The translations under genes were made by a program, and so were the position numbers. This document shows, piece after piece, positions 1 through 7,794 of a DNA stretch of 64,000 nt. Under the pieces are notes generated by a model. The model saw only the letters and a list, made by a program, of their open reading frames with translations. It was not told the DNA's origin and did not search any database. The stretch is from an uncultured delta proteobacterium (GTDB lineage Bacteria > Bdellovibrionota > FAC87 > UBA2466), in the NCBI GenBank assembly GCA_963778115.1, contig CAVZSV010000004.1:544001-608000 (forward strand), given 5' to 3'. The stretch's first letter is position 1. Every line of letters starts with the position of its first letter.

Positions 1-690
1 CGCTCCGTCCTCCAAAGACTGCATGGCGTAACCGAATTTCGCTGAGAACTCGCGCATGGCGGTTAGCCCTTCGGCCGAATCGGTTTCGACGACGAGCAAG
101 GGTCGCTGTTCTCGCACTAGCCTTTCGGCAAAGCAAAGCGCGGATACCGAGTTACCGGTAAGATCCAGACGAATGAGATGCGGAATCGGAATCTCACCGT
201 CTTGATAGGCTTCATCAAGGCTAAGTTGCCTGGCGCATACGGGCGGCTTAAAAGCTGTCTTTTGGGTCGGTACCCCGACTGAAGCGAACAGAAAGAGAAT
301 ATTGTTACATCCGTTTAGCGTCGCATTGTCGTAGGTACGTAGAAAGTGCGATCGGTTCGGTTCGAAAGAGACGACAAAGCCGTCGACTCCCACAAAACGA
401 GAAAATAAGACGGTCGAGACTCCCTCCGAAGAGGCGCAGTCCCAAACGGTCCAACCCGGTTGGCAAATTTCGGCAAGTGCTTTTGACGAGCGCGAGGTGT
501 GAACATGCTTCATTGACATACGATCCCCCAAATCATCCGAACGACGGAGCCACATTCCCCGACCCGGGCCCGAAAGCACTGGCAACGCTATTGGAGACTG
601 GCTATCTCCAAAGAGCTGGTTGAGTATTCGGTAAAACCCGACGCGCAGAAACGACACCGAGCGACCCTGAGTCGATCGTTCGTTGAACAT
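1..690 (-). CDS. FkbM-family methyltransferase-like protein, 3' end runs off the window
   Basis: Absent from the ORF track because it has no stop in the window. Manual translation from ATG 690 (GAGGGGG RBS upstream) is open to position 1: ...QPGWTVWDCASSEGVSTVLFSRFVGVDGFVVSFEPN...NATLNGCNNI...IRLDLTG...RPLLVVE, the FkbM layout with a degenerate Gly-rich motif. Confidence 0.65.
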   Translation of the reverse strand, partial: MFNERSTQGRSVSFLRVGFYRILNQLFGDSQSPIALPVLSGPGRGMWLRRSDDLGDRMSMKHVHTSRSSKALAEICQPGWTVWDCASSEGVSTVLFSRFVGVDGFVVSFEPNRSHFLRTYDNATLNGCNNILFLFASVGVPTQKTAFKPPVCARQLSLDEAYQDGEIPIPHLIRLDLTGNSVSALCFAERLVREQRPLLVVETDSAEGLTAMREFSAKFGYAMQSLEDGA

Positions 691-819
691 AAAAAACCCC
701 CTCGAATCTCTTTAAGGGTAGTTTGAAATTGTGCGTCAAATCGTACGAGGTTTATGGTATTTTCTTAACACAATGCATTATTGAAATGGGGTAAGGGCTA
801 CCAAGTGACTGAAAATACA

Positions 820-1491
820 ATGGAATATAAATTCCCGATCGCCACCTCGAAAGAACGTCTTACGGCCATGGTCTTGACCCTCTGCCTCTCGCTCATTCTT
901 ACCCCGGGCTTTCTCCCCTCGATCACCGAACTCTGGGAACATCTAGCGAAGTTGAGGAGCGGGGGGGCTAATGAAATCTATGAATGGGGACGTGAGTGGA
1001 CATTTCCTCTGTTTTCCTACGTGCTATTTCGATCGCTAGGAAGGCACGGAACGAAATGGAGTGTAGAGGCTCCCGCTTGGGATCTATGGAGGATCAGTAT
1101 TTTGCCTTTGGTGATTGCTCTTATTTATGGACTGGTCCGCCGGTACTTCATGGCGCCGCTGGCAGGTCCCAACTGGATGTGGACTCTCGTCTGTATTCCG
1201 TTGGGAGAAGAGTATCTTTTTAGAGGGTGGTTTTATGGAATCGTATCGCGCACCCATGCGGGCAAACGGTGGAGTGCCACCAACCCCCTACCGGTGGAAT
1301 TGTGGATGAGCGCTCTGGCTTTTTCGCTCTGGCATCTGCAAAACTGGGATTTTGCGGGGGCGCCAGTAACCTTGTTTCAGGTGGCGTATACCTTCTTCGT
1401 AGGCCTTTGGCTCGGCGTGCTTCGCTGGAAAACCAAAACAATGACAGCTCCGATACTGGCTCACTTCGCCATTAACGCGTTGGCCAGATAA
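820..1491 (+). CDS. CPBP (CAAX/Abi) family intramembrane glutamic endopeptidase
   Basis: Motifs EEYLFRG, FSLWH and HFAIN, plus several TM segments. Start could be 781, 805 or 820. Confidence 0.85.
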   Translation: MEYKFPIATSKERLTAMVLTLCLSLILTPGFLPSITELWEHLAKLRSGGANEIYEWGREWTFPLFSYVLFRSLGRHGTKWSVEAPAWDLWRISILPLVIALIYGLVRRYFMAPLAGPNWMWTLVCIPLGEEYLFRGWFYGIVSRTHAGKRWSATNPLPVELWMSALAFSLWHLQNWDFAGAPVTLFQVAYTFFVGLWLGVLRWKTKTMTAPILAHFAINALAR

Positions 1492-1521
1492 CTTCCGAGC
1501 GGTTCTGATAAAATAAGGAAG

Positions 1522-1722
1522 ATGAAACCCATTAGCCTTAGGCGTTCTGCTTCCGGTCAGGCCATCATTGAATACATCCTTATGGTGGTCATGCTAGCCG
1601 TTACGATGGCGGTAGTGATCAGAAACTCCAATCGTACCGTCTACCAATATTGGACGGGATTAGTAAGACAAGTCGCGCGAGGATGTGCTGATTGTACGAC
1701 GAAGACGGGGCCTAATTTCTAG
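1522..1722 (+). CDS. Flp/TadE-like pilin with class III signal peptide
   Basis: Basic leader, then G|QAIIEY with E+5, a hydrophobic helix and C-terminal CADC. Confidence 0.75.
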   Translation: MKPISLRRSASGQAIIEYILMVVMLAVTMAVVIRNSNRTVYQYWTGLVRQVARGCADCTTKTGPNF

Positions 1723-1769
1723 AGACTAGCGTTAGCCAGTGGCACTAGCTCTGTGATCTAGTTCTATAA

Positions 1770-3335
1770 CTATGGTGATGGCCGAAACGAGTTTGTCTCT
1801 CGGCGGCCATCCATCCAAGCAACCGCACTTTTGGCATCGGTGATCTGATTCTTCCAAATCGAAAGCCATAGATCTTTAGTGAGTAAGGCATCGAAAGGAT
1901 GCGGATAGACCACCCCCTCGTGCTGGCCAGCAAATTTAATCATGTAGGGGATGCGGAAATCTTTCTTACCATCATACTCCTTAACCGAGTTCCATCCGTG
2001 ATCGCTCGTAATGAGAAGGGTCGTATCGTCCCACTCGTGGCTCGCTTCAAGCTCCCTGCGAAGCTCACCAATCGTGACATCGGTAAGGGCTAAATTATCA
2101 AAATAACCTTCAAGACCTTTAGCATTCTTGGCTGTGATCTGATGGGAAGCTCTATCGTAAATCCAAGGCGCATGCGGTGTCGGCCAATGCACAAAAGTAA
2201 AATCGATATCCTTTCGGTGAAGCGATTGCAGTGCGGCTTCTCGAATCCCTTCATAGGTCTGGATGTGGAACATCGCTCGGTTCGGCCGAATGAACGACAG
2301 CTCGTCAAAAAAGTTAACCACGCTCGTTCTAAAATCTTCAGCATAAGGACGTTTAAAATAATTGTAATGAGGAAAGCGCTCACATTCCGTCGCGAATACC
2401 ATTCGACAGTACGGCAAGTACCATCCGATCACCAAAGAACGAGCCCCCATCGACGTTAGCTGGCCAAAAAGATTTTGGCTCGATCGCCAAGGAAGCGCTT
2501 CTCTTTCGCCTTCGAAAGTCGCTTTCACAACGTTATTCTTATCCACAAAAATGGGATCGACGACATGTTTTCCGGTGAAGTAGGAGGGAATTGAGACGGA
2601 TGTGTATCTTCCAGGAGGATACGCATTTTGGGCGCTCAGTGATTCTTTGCTAAAGCGATCCAGCTCCGGTAGCTCTAATCCCTTGGGCCGCTCCAAAAAA
2701 GCCATCCTGTAATCGGTCTCGTCAAAAAGCCACCACATTAGTTTCGTTTTATGAGTAGGAGATACATTAACGGCCGAGATACGCGGATTTACCGCGAAAG
2801 CCTTTTTCTTGGCTCCCGAAAGGGCGTAGGAAAACGTTACCAGTACAAATGGAGAAAAAATGAGGAAGGAAACTCTGAGAAACTCCACCGTTTTAGTAGG
2901 AGACTTTTTCGCGAAGTACACCCCCAAGACCAAAACCAAAACGAAAAGCGACGCGCAGGTAAGCTCGCCCACTTGAGAAGTAAGATATCCCAAGTGCATC
3001 GCGATGCGAACGCCGTTCAGTGAAAAAAATAGCGTTACCAGAAAACTCAGATGAAAAAAATTCACCGCTTTCTGTCCTATGCGGCGGCAAAAGCGAAGAG
3101 CGAAGAATAAAACGAAAGCAACTAAGGCCACATCAAAACAGATGGCAAGATACGTAGAAAGAGATGAAGAGACTTTCTCGTACATCCATTCGCGTTGGGT
3201 CACCGTTTTAGAAAGTAAGGTGAGATCGCTCCACTGCTTAAAAAACATGAGATTTGAGGCGGAAATGCAGATCAAAAAATCGCGCAGGGAGGTACTGTTA
3301 ATGAATGCGGTTAGAGGGCTGAATTTTTTCAGCAT
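1770..3335 (-). CDS. Membrane-anchored alkaline phosphatase/sulfatase-superfamily hydrolase or transferase
   Basis: About 5 N-terminal TM segments, then FDE, YTSVSIPS (putative Thr nucleophile), HWPTPHAP and TSDHG metal-site motifs. Confidence 0.8.
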   Translation of the reverse strand: MLKKFSPLTAFINSTSLRDFLICISASNLMFFKQWSDLTLLSKTVTQREWMYEKVSSSLSTYLAICFDVALVAFVLFFALRFCRRIGQKAVNFFHLSFLVTLFFSLNGVRIAMHLGYLTSQVGELTCASLFVLVLVLGVYFAKKSPTKTVEFLRVSFLIFSPFVLVTFSYALSGAKKKAFAVNPRISAVNVSPTHKTKLMWWLFDETDYRMAFLERPKGLELPELDRFSKESLSAQNAYPPGRYTSVSIPSYFTGKHVVDPIFVDKNNVVKATFEGEREALPWRSSQNLFGQLTSMGARSLVIGWYLPYCRMVFATECERFPHYNYFKRPYAEDFRTSVVNFFDELSFIRPNRAMFHIQTYEGIREAALQSLHRKDIDFTFVHWPTPHAPWIYDRASHQITAKNAKGLEGYFDNLALTDVTIGELRRELEASHEWDDTTLLITSDHGWNSVKEYDGKKDFRIPYMIKFAGQHEGVVYPHPFDALLTKDLWLSIWKNQITDAKSAVAWMDGRRETNSFRPSP

Positions 3336-4791
3336 TTAATTTCCGGAGCGTATAAAGAGTTCGTTCAGTTCCAGGGATGGTCTGTTTATCAAGGATCTCA
3401 AAGAGTCGCGTTGCTTTCAACTCGAAAATCTCACAATCAACGCATTGCACGTCAGAATGTCGTGTCTGTATCAAGTTAGTTACGTTGGGATCTTTTGGCC
3501 CCACCAACTCAATAACCACATCGCTTCGCGTTATTGCCGCAAATAGCTCCAAGACTTCATCCAAAGGGATGCGATCGTCGTAAAGCATGTGGTGCAAAAC
3601 GGCGAGGGCCAACACCGTGTCAAATTTGCCGCGCGCACGATCGAGAAAGGAGCTAGATTCTCTGTTTCTCCAGCCCACGGCAGGCGTCGGACGAACCAAA
3701 TTTACGACCAGCGGTAAAAGCGATAGTTTCTTTTCTTTAGCTCGCTTCCACAGCTGTCCAATGGCATCACCGTCAGAATCAATTGCAACCACATCAGCGC
3801 CTGATTGTGCCGCCAATTCGCTAAAATGCCCCGTGTTACAACCCACATCGAGAACCGTTTTCGGCAGATGAGTCTTTAGATAGCGAACCACGAAGTCTTC
3901 TTTGATGGCAAATTCAGCCTTGGTATACGGCAAAGAGGAGGACATGTAATCCGTCCAAACGGAAAGCGCCACCTTCTTCGCCAGGATTTTATTCAAAAGC
4001 GAGCGCAGATGGCCCAGGAGTGCGCCTAAAATAAATCTCGCTTTCTCAGGTTTTTGAACCAGACGCTTTTCGTAAGACACGCTTCGCATCTGCTTGCCGG
4101 GTTTTTCTAACCATGTGGGAATTGTCACCAAACTGAAGAACGGCTGGCGCAGCCTCCAAAAAAAGCTCACCAACGGATAGACCTCTCGAGGCCGAAGACC
4201 GTCTCCCCGGGAAAGAAAAACATCGGAAAGGGAAATACGGAAGTACCGATTTACCAAAAGGGGGGTCAAAAAGGAGCGCACGAACTGCGCGTACGGAAGC
4301 CACATGGCATCGCTAAGATTTCGCTTCTCGATGGATAGGATATCGACAAATACGGGTTCAGCTCCCCGGAAAAGAATATTAAACGGTGTTGCGTCTTTAA
4401 GGCCTAGCCCCTCAGGCAGCAATCGCTCGGCGATGTCTAAAGTAAGGGAAGCTGCCGAACCCAGCATCTCCGATGACCACTCATGAGGGAAAGAAGGAAA
4501 AGGAAGCGCTTCATGCTCTAAGTATGCCGCTTGCTCGCCTGCCCAGTCCTCGGCACCTATCAAAGCTTTTGCTTCAGAAAGCTTGGCTCCCTGTAGCAGT
4601 TCGGTTTTGGGTAGTAGCTTGTGGGAAGCAAAGTAAGTGCAGGCCGGAGACTCCAAAATAGTCTTGATATCATCCGAAAACGAAGGACGAACGACGCGGA
4701 TGAGACGGTTATCGGCACGATAGAGAACTCCCGCGGGATCGCGCAACGATAATCGTATCGAAGTCGAAGCGGAAGTCCTTACCAGTTCCAT
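3298..4791 (-). CDS. NoeA-like protein: kinase-like N-terminal region plus class I SAM methyltransferase
   Basis: C-terminal VLDVGCNTG, VVAID and LALAVLHH. N-terminal SLRDPAG, FPHEWS and LKDATPFNILF..PVFVD. Confidence 0.8.
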   Translation of the reverse strand: MELVRTSASTSIRLSLRDPAGVLYRADNRLIRVVRPSFSDDIKTILESPACTYFASHKLLPKTELLQGAKLSEAKALIGAEDWAGEQAAYLEHEALPFPSFPHEWSSEMLGSAASLTLDIAERLLPEGLGLKDATPFNILFRGAEPVFVDILSIEKRNLSDAMWLPYAQFVRSFLTPLLVNRYFRISLSDVFLSRGDGLRPREVYPLVSFFWRLRQPFFSLVTIPTWLEKPGKQMRSVSYEKRLVQKPEKARFILGALLGHLRSLLNKILAKKVALSVWTDYMSSSLPYTKAEFAIKEDFVVRYLKTHLPKTVLDVGCNTGHFSELAAQSGADVVAIDSDGDAIGQLWKRAKEKKLSLLPLVVNLVRPTPAVGWRNRESSSFLDRARGKFDTVLALAVLHHMLYDDRIPLDEVLELFAAITRSDVVIELVGPKDPNVTNLIQTRHSDVQCVDCEIFELKATRLFEILDKQTIPGTERTLYTLRKLNAEKIQPSNRIH

Positions 4792-4811
4792 AGAGCCACG
4801 TAAAATTTCTG

Positions 4812-5027
4812 TTAAGAGTTTTGGCTTCCCGAGATTTCTTTAGGCGCAGAAACAGTGTTTTGTTTTTCGCCACGTCCGAAGAGGCCGCGTAATTTCTTAA
4901 TGAAAAACGTTGCACCGAAAAACGCCGACAACATCGCCTGCCAGAGTAAATGACCCGTTCCGGGATCGATGTACCCGAAAGAGGCAGTGGGAAGCAGCAC
5001 CATAACGGAGATGAATAGGTATAGCAC
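4812..5027 (-). CDS. Small membrane protein with YIDPGTG motif
   Basis: 71 aa: signal-like N-terminus ending ASFG, then YIDPGTG, a hydrophobic helix and a basic tail. AGAAAGG RBS before the GTG. Confidence 0.75.
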   Translation of the reverse strand: MLYLFISVMVLLPTASFGYIDPGTGHLLWQAMLSAFFGATFFIKKLRGLFGRGEKQNTVSAPKEISGSQNS

Positions 5028-5128
5028 GTGCGCCTTTCTGAGTTGTTAATTCCTACTTACTTATTCGGTTGAATTGTTTGAAAACCTGAACAATTTTTTG
5101 GAGATTTTTAGATGCGAGTGGTCAAAGC

Positions 5129-5231
5129 GCCGTTGGCGAGGAGTGAACAGCCAACTGAGGAAGTACGCTTCGAATAAAAGATAAGCTGTCACTGCGAATA
5201 GAGATTACTTCGAGCTCCTCGCAAGGACGGC
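5129..5231. repeat. Degenerate REP-like palindromic element
   Basis: Arms GCCGTTGGCGAGGAG and CTCCTCGCAAGGACGGC with an internal GAAGTA...TACTTC pair. Resembles the widespread GTCATTGCGAGGAG...CTCCTCGCAATGAC type of intergenic palindrome. Confidence 0.55.
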
Positions 5232-5264
5232 TTTTAACGACGGTTCGTTCAAGAAAAGCGGTAA

Positions 5265-6134
5265 TCAAAGGCGGGCTAACAAACGCACCGCATCGTAGAG
5301 ACGCCGGGGCAGCTCTTCGAAGCGTTCCACTTCTAAACAGATACCGTGCCCCTTTTGCGCGATGTCTTGCGAAGCTTCCAAGTGGCTACCAGGGCCATGC
5401 AGATGCAAAACCACTAGAAAATCGTACTTGGCGGCAACTTCAAGCGGATCTCCCCCCTCGGTGGATCTCCCATCGGTGGCGATGAGTCCCACTTTGCGTC
5501 CCCTCACCCCTCCTAGGCGAAACTGCTTTAACCCTTCGTCGAGTCCCCCGTAAATGTTGGTGAAGCCTTTGGGTTGAACTCTTAAGAATCGAAGGATGGT
5601 CTGTTCTCGTGATTCTTCGAAAGAGAGCCGTTTGATCGTCTTCGCATGGGATGCAAAAACCACGAGCGAAGTGTCTTTGGGAGGCACCTCTAACAGCAAA
5701 ACGGCTACGGCGATACTCGCTAAGAGATGTTTGTCTCCCGACATGGAAGCGCTCACGTCCAACAAGGTGACACAGCAGAAAGGCTTCTCTCGGCTCTCCT
5801 CCATCAATAGCTCCGCCGAAGTCGATAGTCCGGGGTTTTCTTCGAGAGTTTCTTCCAGAGACAACTCGCCGAACGGAGCTCGAGAGAAGTTCTCCAAATG
5901 CGTTACGGTCGGCCGGGAGGGATGCGCTACTATTGATTTCGCTTTTTCCATCACCAAATGAACCAGTTGCCGATCCATGGCGGGGTCATTTTTCTGCGAT
6001 CGTAATCGTTGGAAATAGACCGTTCGCATCCAATCGGCGCGACCGTCAAAGGCTTGCGCACCTACCCCTTGCCACTGCATTTCGCCGCTAAGTTCTGGGG
6101 GAAAGAAAAGTAACGGAAGTTGAGATGTGGGCAC
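5265..6134 (-). CDS. VWA domain protein
   Basis: MIDAS residues DVSAS, T (GFTNI) and D (ATDG). Starts 5 bp after the MoxR-type ATPase. Confidence 0.88.
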   Translation of the reverse strand: MPTSQLPLLFFPPELSGEMQWQGVGAQAFDGRADWMRTVYFQRLRSQKNDPAMDRQLVHLVMEKAKSIVAHPSRPTVTHLENFSRAPFGELSLEETLEENPGLSTSAELLMEESREKPFCCVTLLDVSASMSGDKHLLASIAVAVLLLEVPPKDTSLVVFASHAKTIKRLSFEESREQTILRFLRVQPKGFTNIYGGLDEGLKQFRLGGVRGRKVGLIATDGRSTEGGDPLEVAAKYDFLVVLHLHGPGSHLEASQDIAQKGHGICLEVERFEELPRRLYDAVRLLARL

Positions 6135-6139
6135 CGGAC

Positions 6140-7006
6140 CTAGCGGCTTAGTTCCTTTTTTTTTTCCGAAATGAGTGGAAGCTCTTGATTCCCGATAAGC
6201 TTCAATAAGACGTCTCTTGGAGATTCATCGGAAGAAACCATTTCGATGCGGCTACTAAGAGCCATTAGACAAGCTTCTTCGAAGCTGATTCCTCCCGAAA
6301 TTAACTGGCAAACGGCAATCGCCGCTCGAAGACTTGCTCCGCGCTTTATCGAGGGGTGCTGGCGTGTGGCTCGCGCCAAATCGACGGAAAGCTCAACGAA
6401 CGAGCTATTAACCGAATCTTGTACCTGCCCACGAACGATAGCTATCTCCTCCTCGCGGGATTGATAATCCAGAGGAACCATTTCGAACCGATCGAGTACC
6501 GCTTCCGAAAGGGCGTGGGTAGCCGTAAACTCTCTGGGATTTTGGGTGGCGATGACAAGAAAGCCAGGTTTCGCCGCCACAACCCCTAACTTCGGAAGCA
6601 CAATCCGCCGCTCGTCCATGGCGGGCAGTAGAATATTCTGAACCGCTTCCGGCATTCGATTGAGCTCATTAATAAAAAGCGGGATTCCCTTTTTCATAGC
6701 CGTGACCAGAGGGCCATCCACGAAGCAGGCCGCAACATATCCCTTTTTAAGCACCATGGGCGGATCAAACCAGCCGGTCAGCTTCTGTTCCGTATAGCGC
6801 GTGTCACCATCGATACGTTCAAAGCTTCTTTTGAGATCCTTTAGGATCTGCTGAACCAAGAAGGTCTTCCCCACTCCAACGGGACCTTCGATAAGAACAT
6901 TTCGGCCTAAATCAATGGCGCGCGTCAGATGATCCTTCTCGCGTTCACGGCCGACTATTTTAGGGGCATGGGATGATTTATCAGAAGATTTATTTTTGGC
7001 TTTCAC
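6140..7006 (-). CDS. MoxR-family AAA+ ATPase
   Basis: Walker A GPVGVGKT, Walker B variant LFINELNR, IATQNP, LSEAVLDRF and GASLRA. Confidence 0.9.
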   Translation of the reverse strand: MKAKNKSSDKSSHAPKIVGREREKDHLTRAIDLGRNVLIEGPVGVGKTFLVQQILKDLKRSFERIDGDTRYTEQKLTGWFDPPMVLKKGYVAACFVDGPLVTAMKKGIPLFINELNRMPEAVQNILLPAMDERRIVLPKLGVVAAKPGFLVIATQNPREFTATHALSEAVLDRFEMVPLDYQSREEEIAIVRGQVQDSVNSSFVELSVDLARATRQHPSIKRGASLRAAIAVCQLISGGISFEEACLMALSSRIEMVSSDESPRDVLLKLIGNQELPLISEKKKELSR

Positions 7007-7794
7007 TTCTTCCTCTTGGACTTGGAAGCCTCATTGTCGCTCTCGGAGTCCAGTTTCGCCAACATTTTCTCTAAAATGAAATTGGCGACATCGCTGGGCC
7101 TTGCCCCTATCGTAAAACCAGCGTCAAAGCCGAGCTCGACCGCAAGTTTATGAGTGACCCTGGGGCCGCCCGCCACCAGAATGAATCTGTTCTCAAGCCC
7201 GCGCTTCTTAAGCTTGCCCATTAGCTCTCTCATGTCGGAGATATGAATATCTTTTTGAGAGACAATTTTTGAGAGCAAAATCGCATCAGCCTTTTCTTTA
7301 AGCGCGCGCTCAATGAGATCATCGGTAGGAACTTGGCTTCCCATGTTCACCACTCGAAATCCTCGATACCGCTCTAGCCCGATATCACCGTCAAACCCCT
7401 TCATGTTGAGAATGGCATCCAGCCCTACGGTGTGCGCGTCATAACCCGTACAGGCGCCTACCAGTCGGATGGGACGTTTTATCTTGGTGGCTATCACTTG
7501 ATCGATCTCTTTATAAGTTCGCTTTTCCGTGGAGAGTTCCGGAACATGCACTTTCGTATAGTCGATACTCTTATCGCAGCGACCGAAGACGACAAAGAAC
7601 GCGTAGTTTTCTCCTATCTTCGACATATGGGCTATTTTAATGTCGGTAAATCCCCATTCTCTAACTATCAGGGTGGCCGCTTCTCGTGCTTTGGGAGAAG
7701 GTTCGATAGGCAGCGTGAAGCTCATTTGCACGGCACCATCGCCAGTGGTATCGCCATAGGGCCTAAGAGCCTTTAAATCCAGTTCCGTCTTCAA
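7003..7794 (-). CDS. kamE: Lysine 5,6-aminomutase beta subunit (B12-binding, carries the PLP lysine)
   Basis: N-terminal LRPYGDTTGDGAVQMSFTLP dimerisation domain. DAHTVGLDAILNMKG contains DxHxxG and the PLP lysine; LAVELGFDAGF. Confidence 0.93.
   Translation of the reverse strand: MKTELDLKALRPYGDTTGDGAVQMSFTLPIEPSPKAREAATLIVREWGFTDIKIAHMSKIGENYAFFVVFGRCDKSIDYTKVHVPELSTEKRTYKEIDQVIATKIKRPIRLVGACTGYDAHTVGLDAILNMKGFDGDIGLERYRGFRVVNMGSQVPTDDLIERALKEKADAILLSKIVSQKDIHISDMRELMGKLKKRGLENRFILVAGGPRVTHKLAVELGFDAGFTIGARPSDVANFILEKMLAKLDSESDNEASKSKRKK

Noticed and set aside
5265..7006. CobS/CobT cobaltochelatase subunits
   Set aside because: The VWA protein is much shorter than CobT and lacks the long acidic linker, and no cobN or other cob genes are nearby. 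Not fully excluded without a phylogeny.
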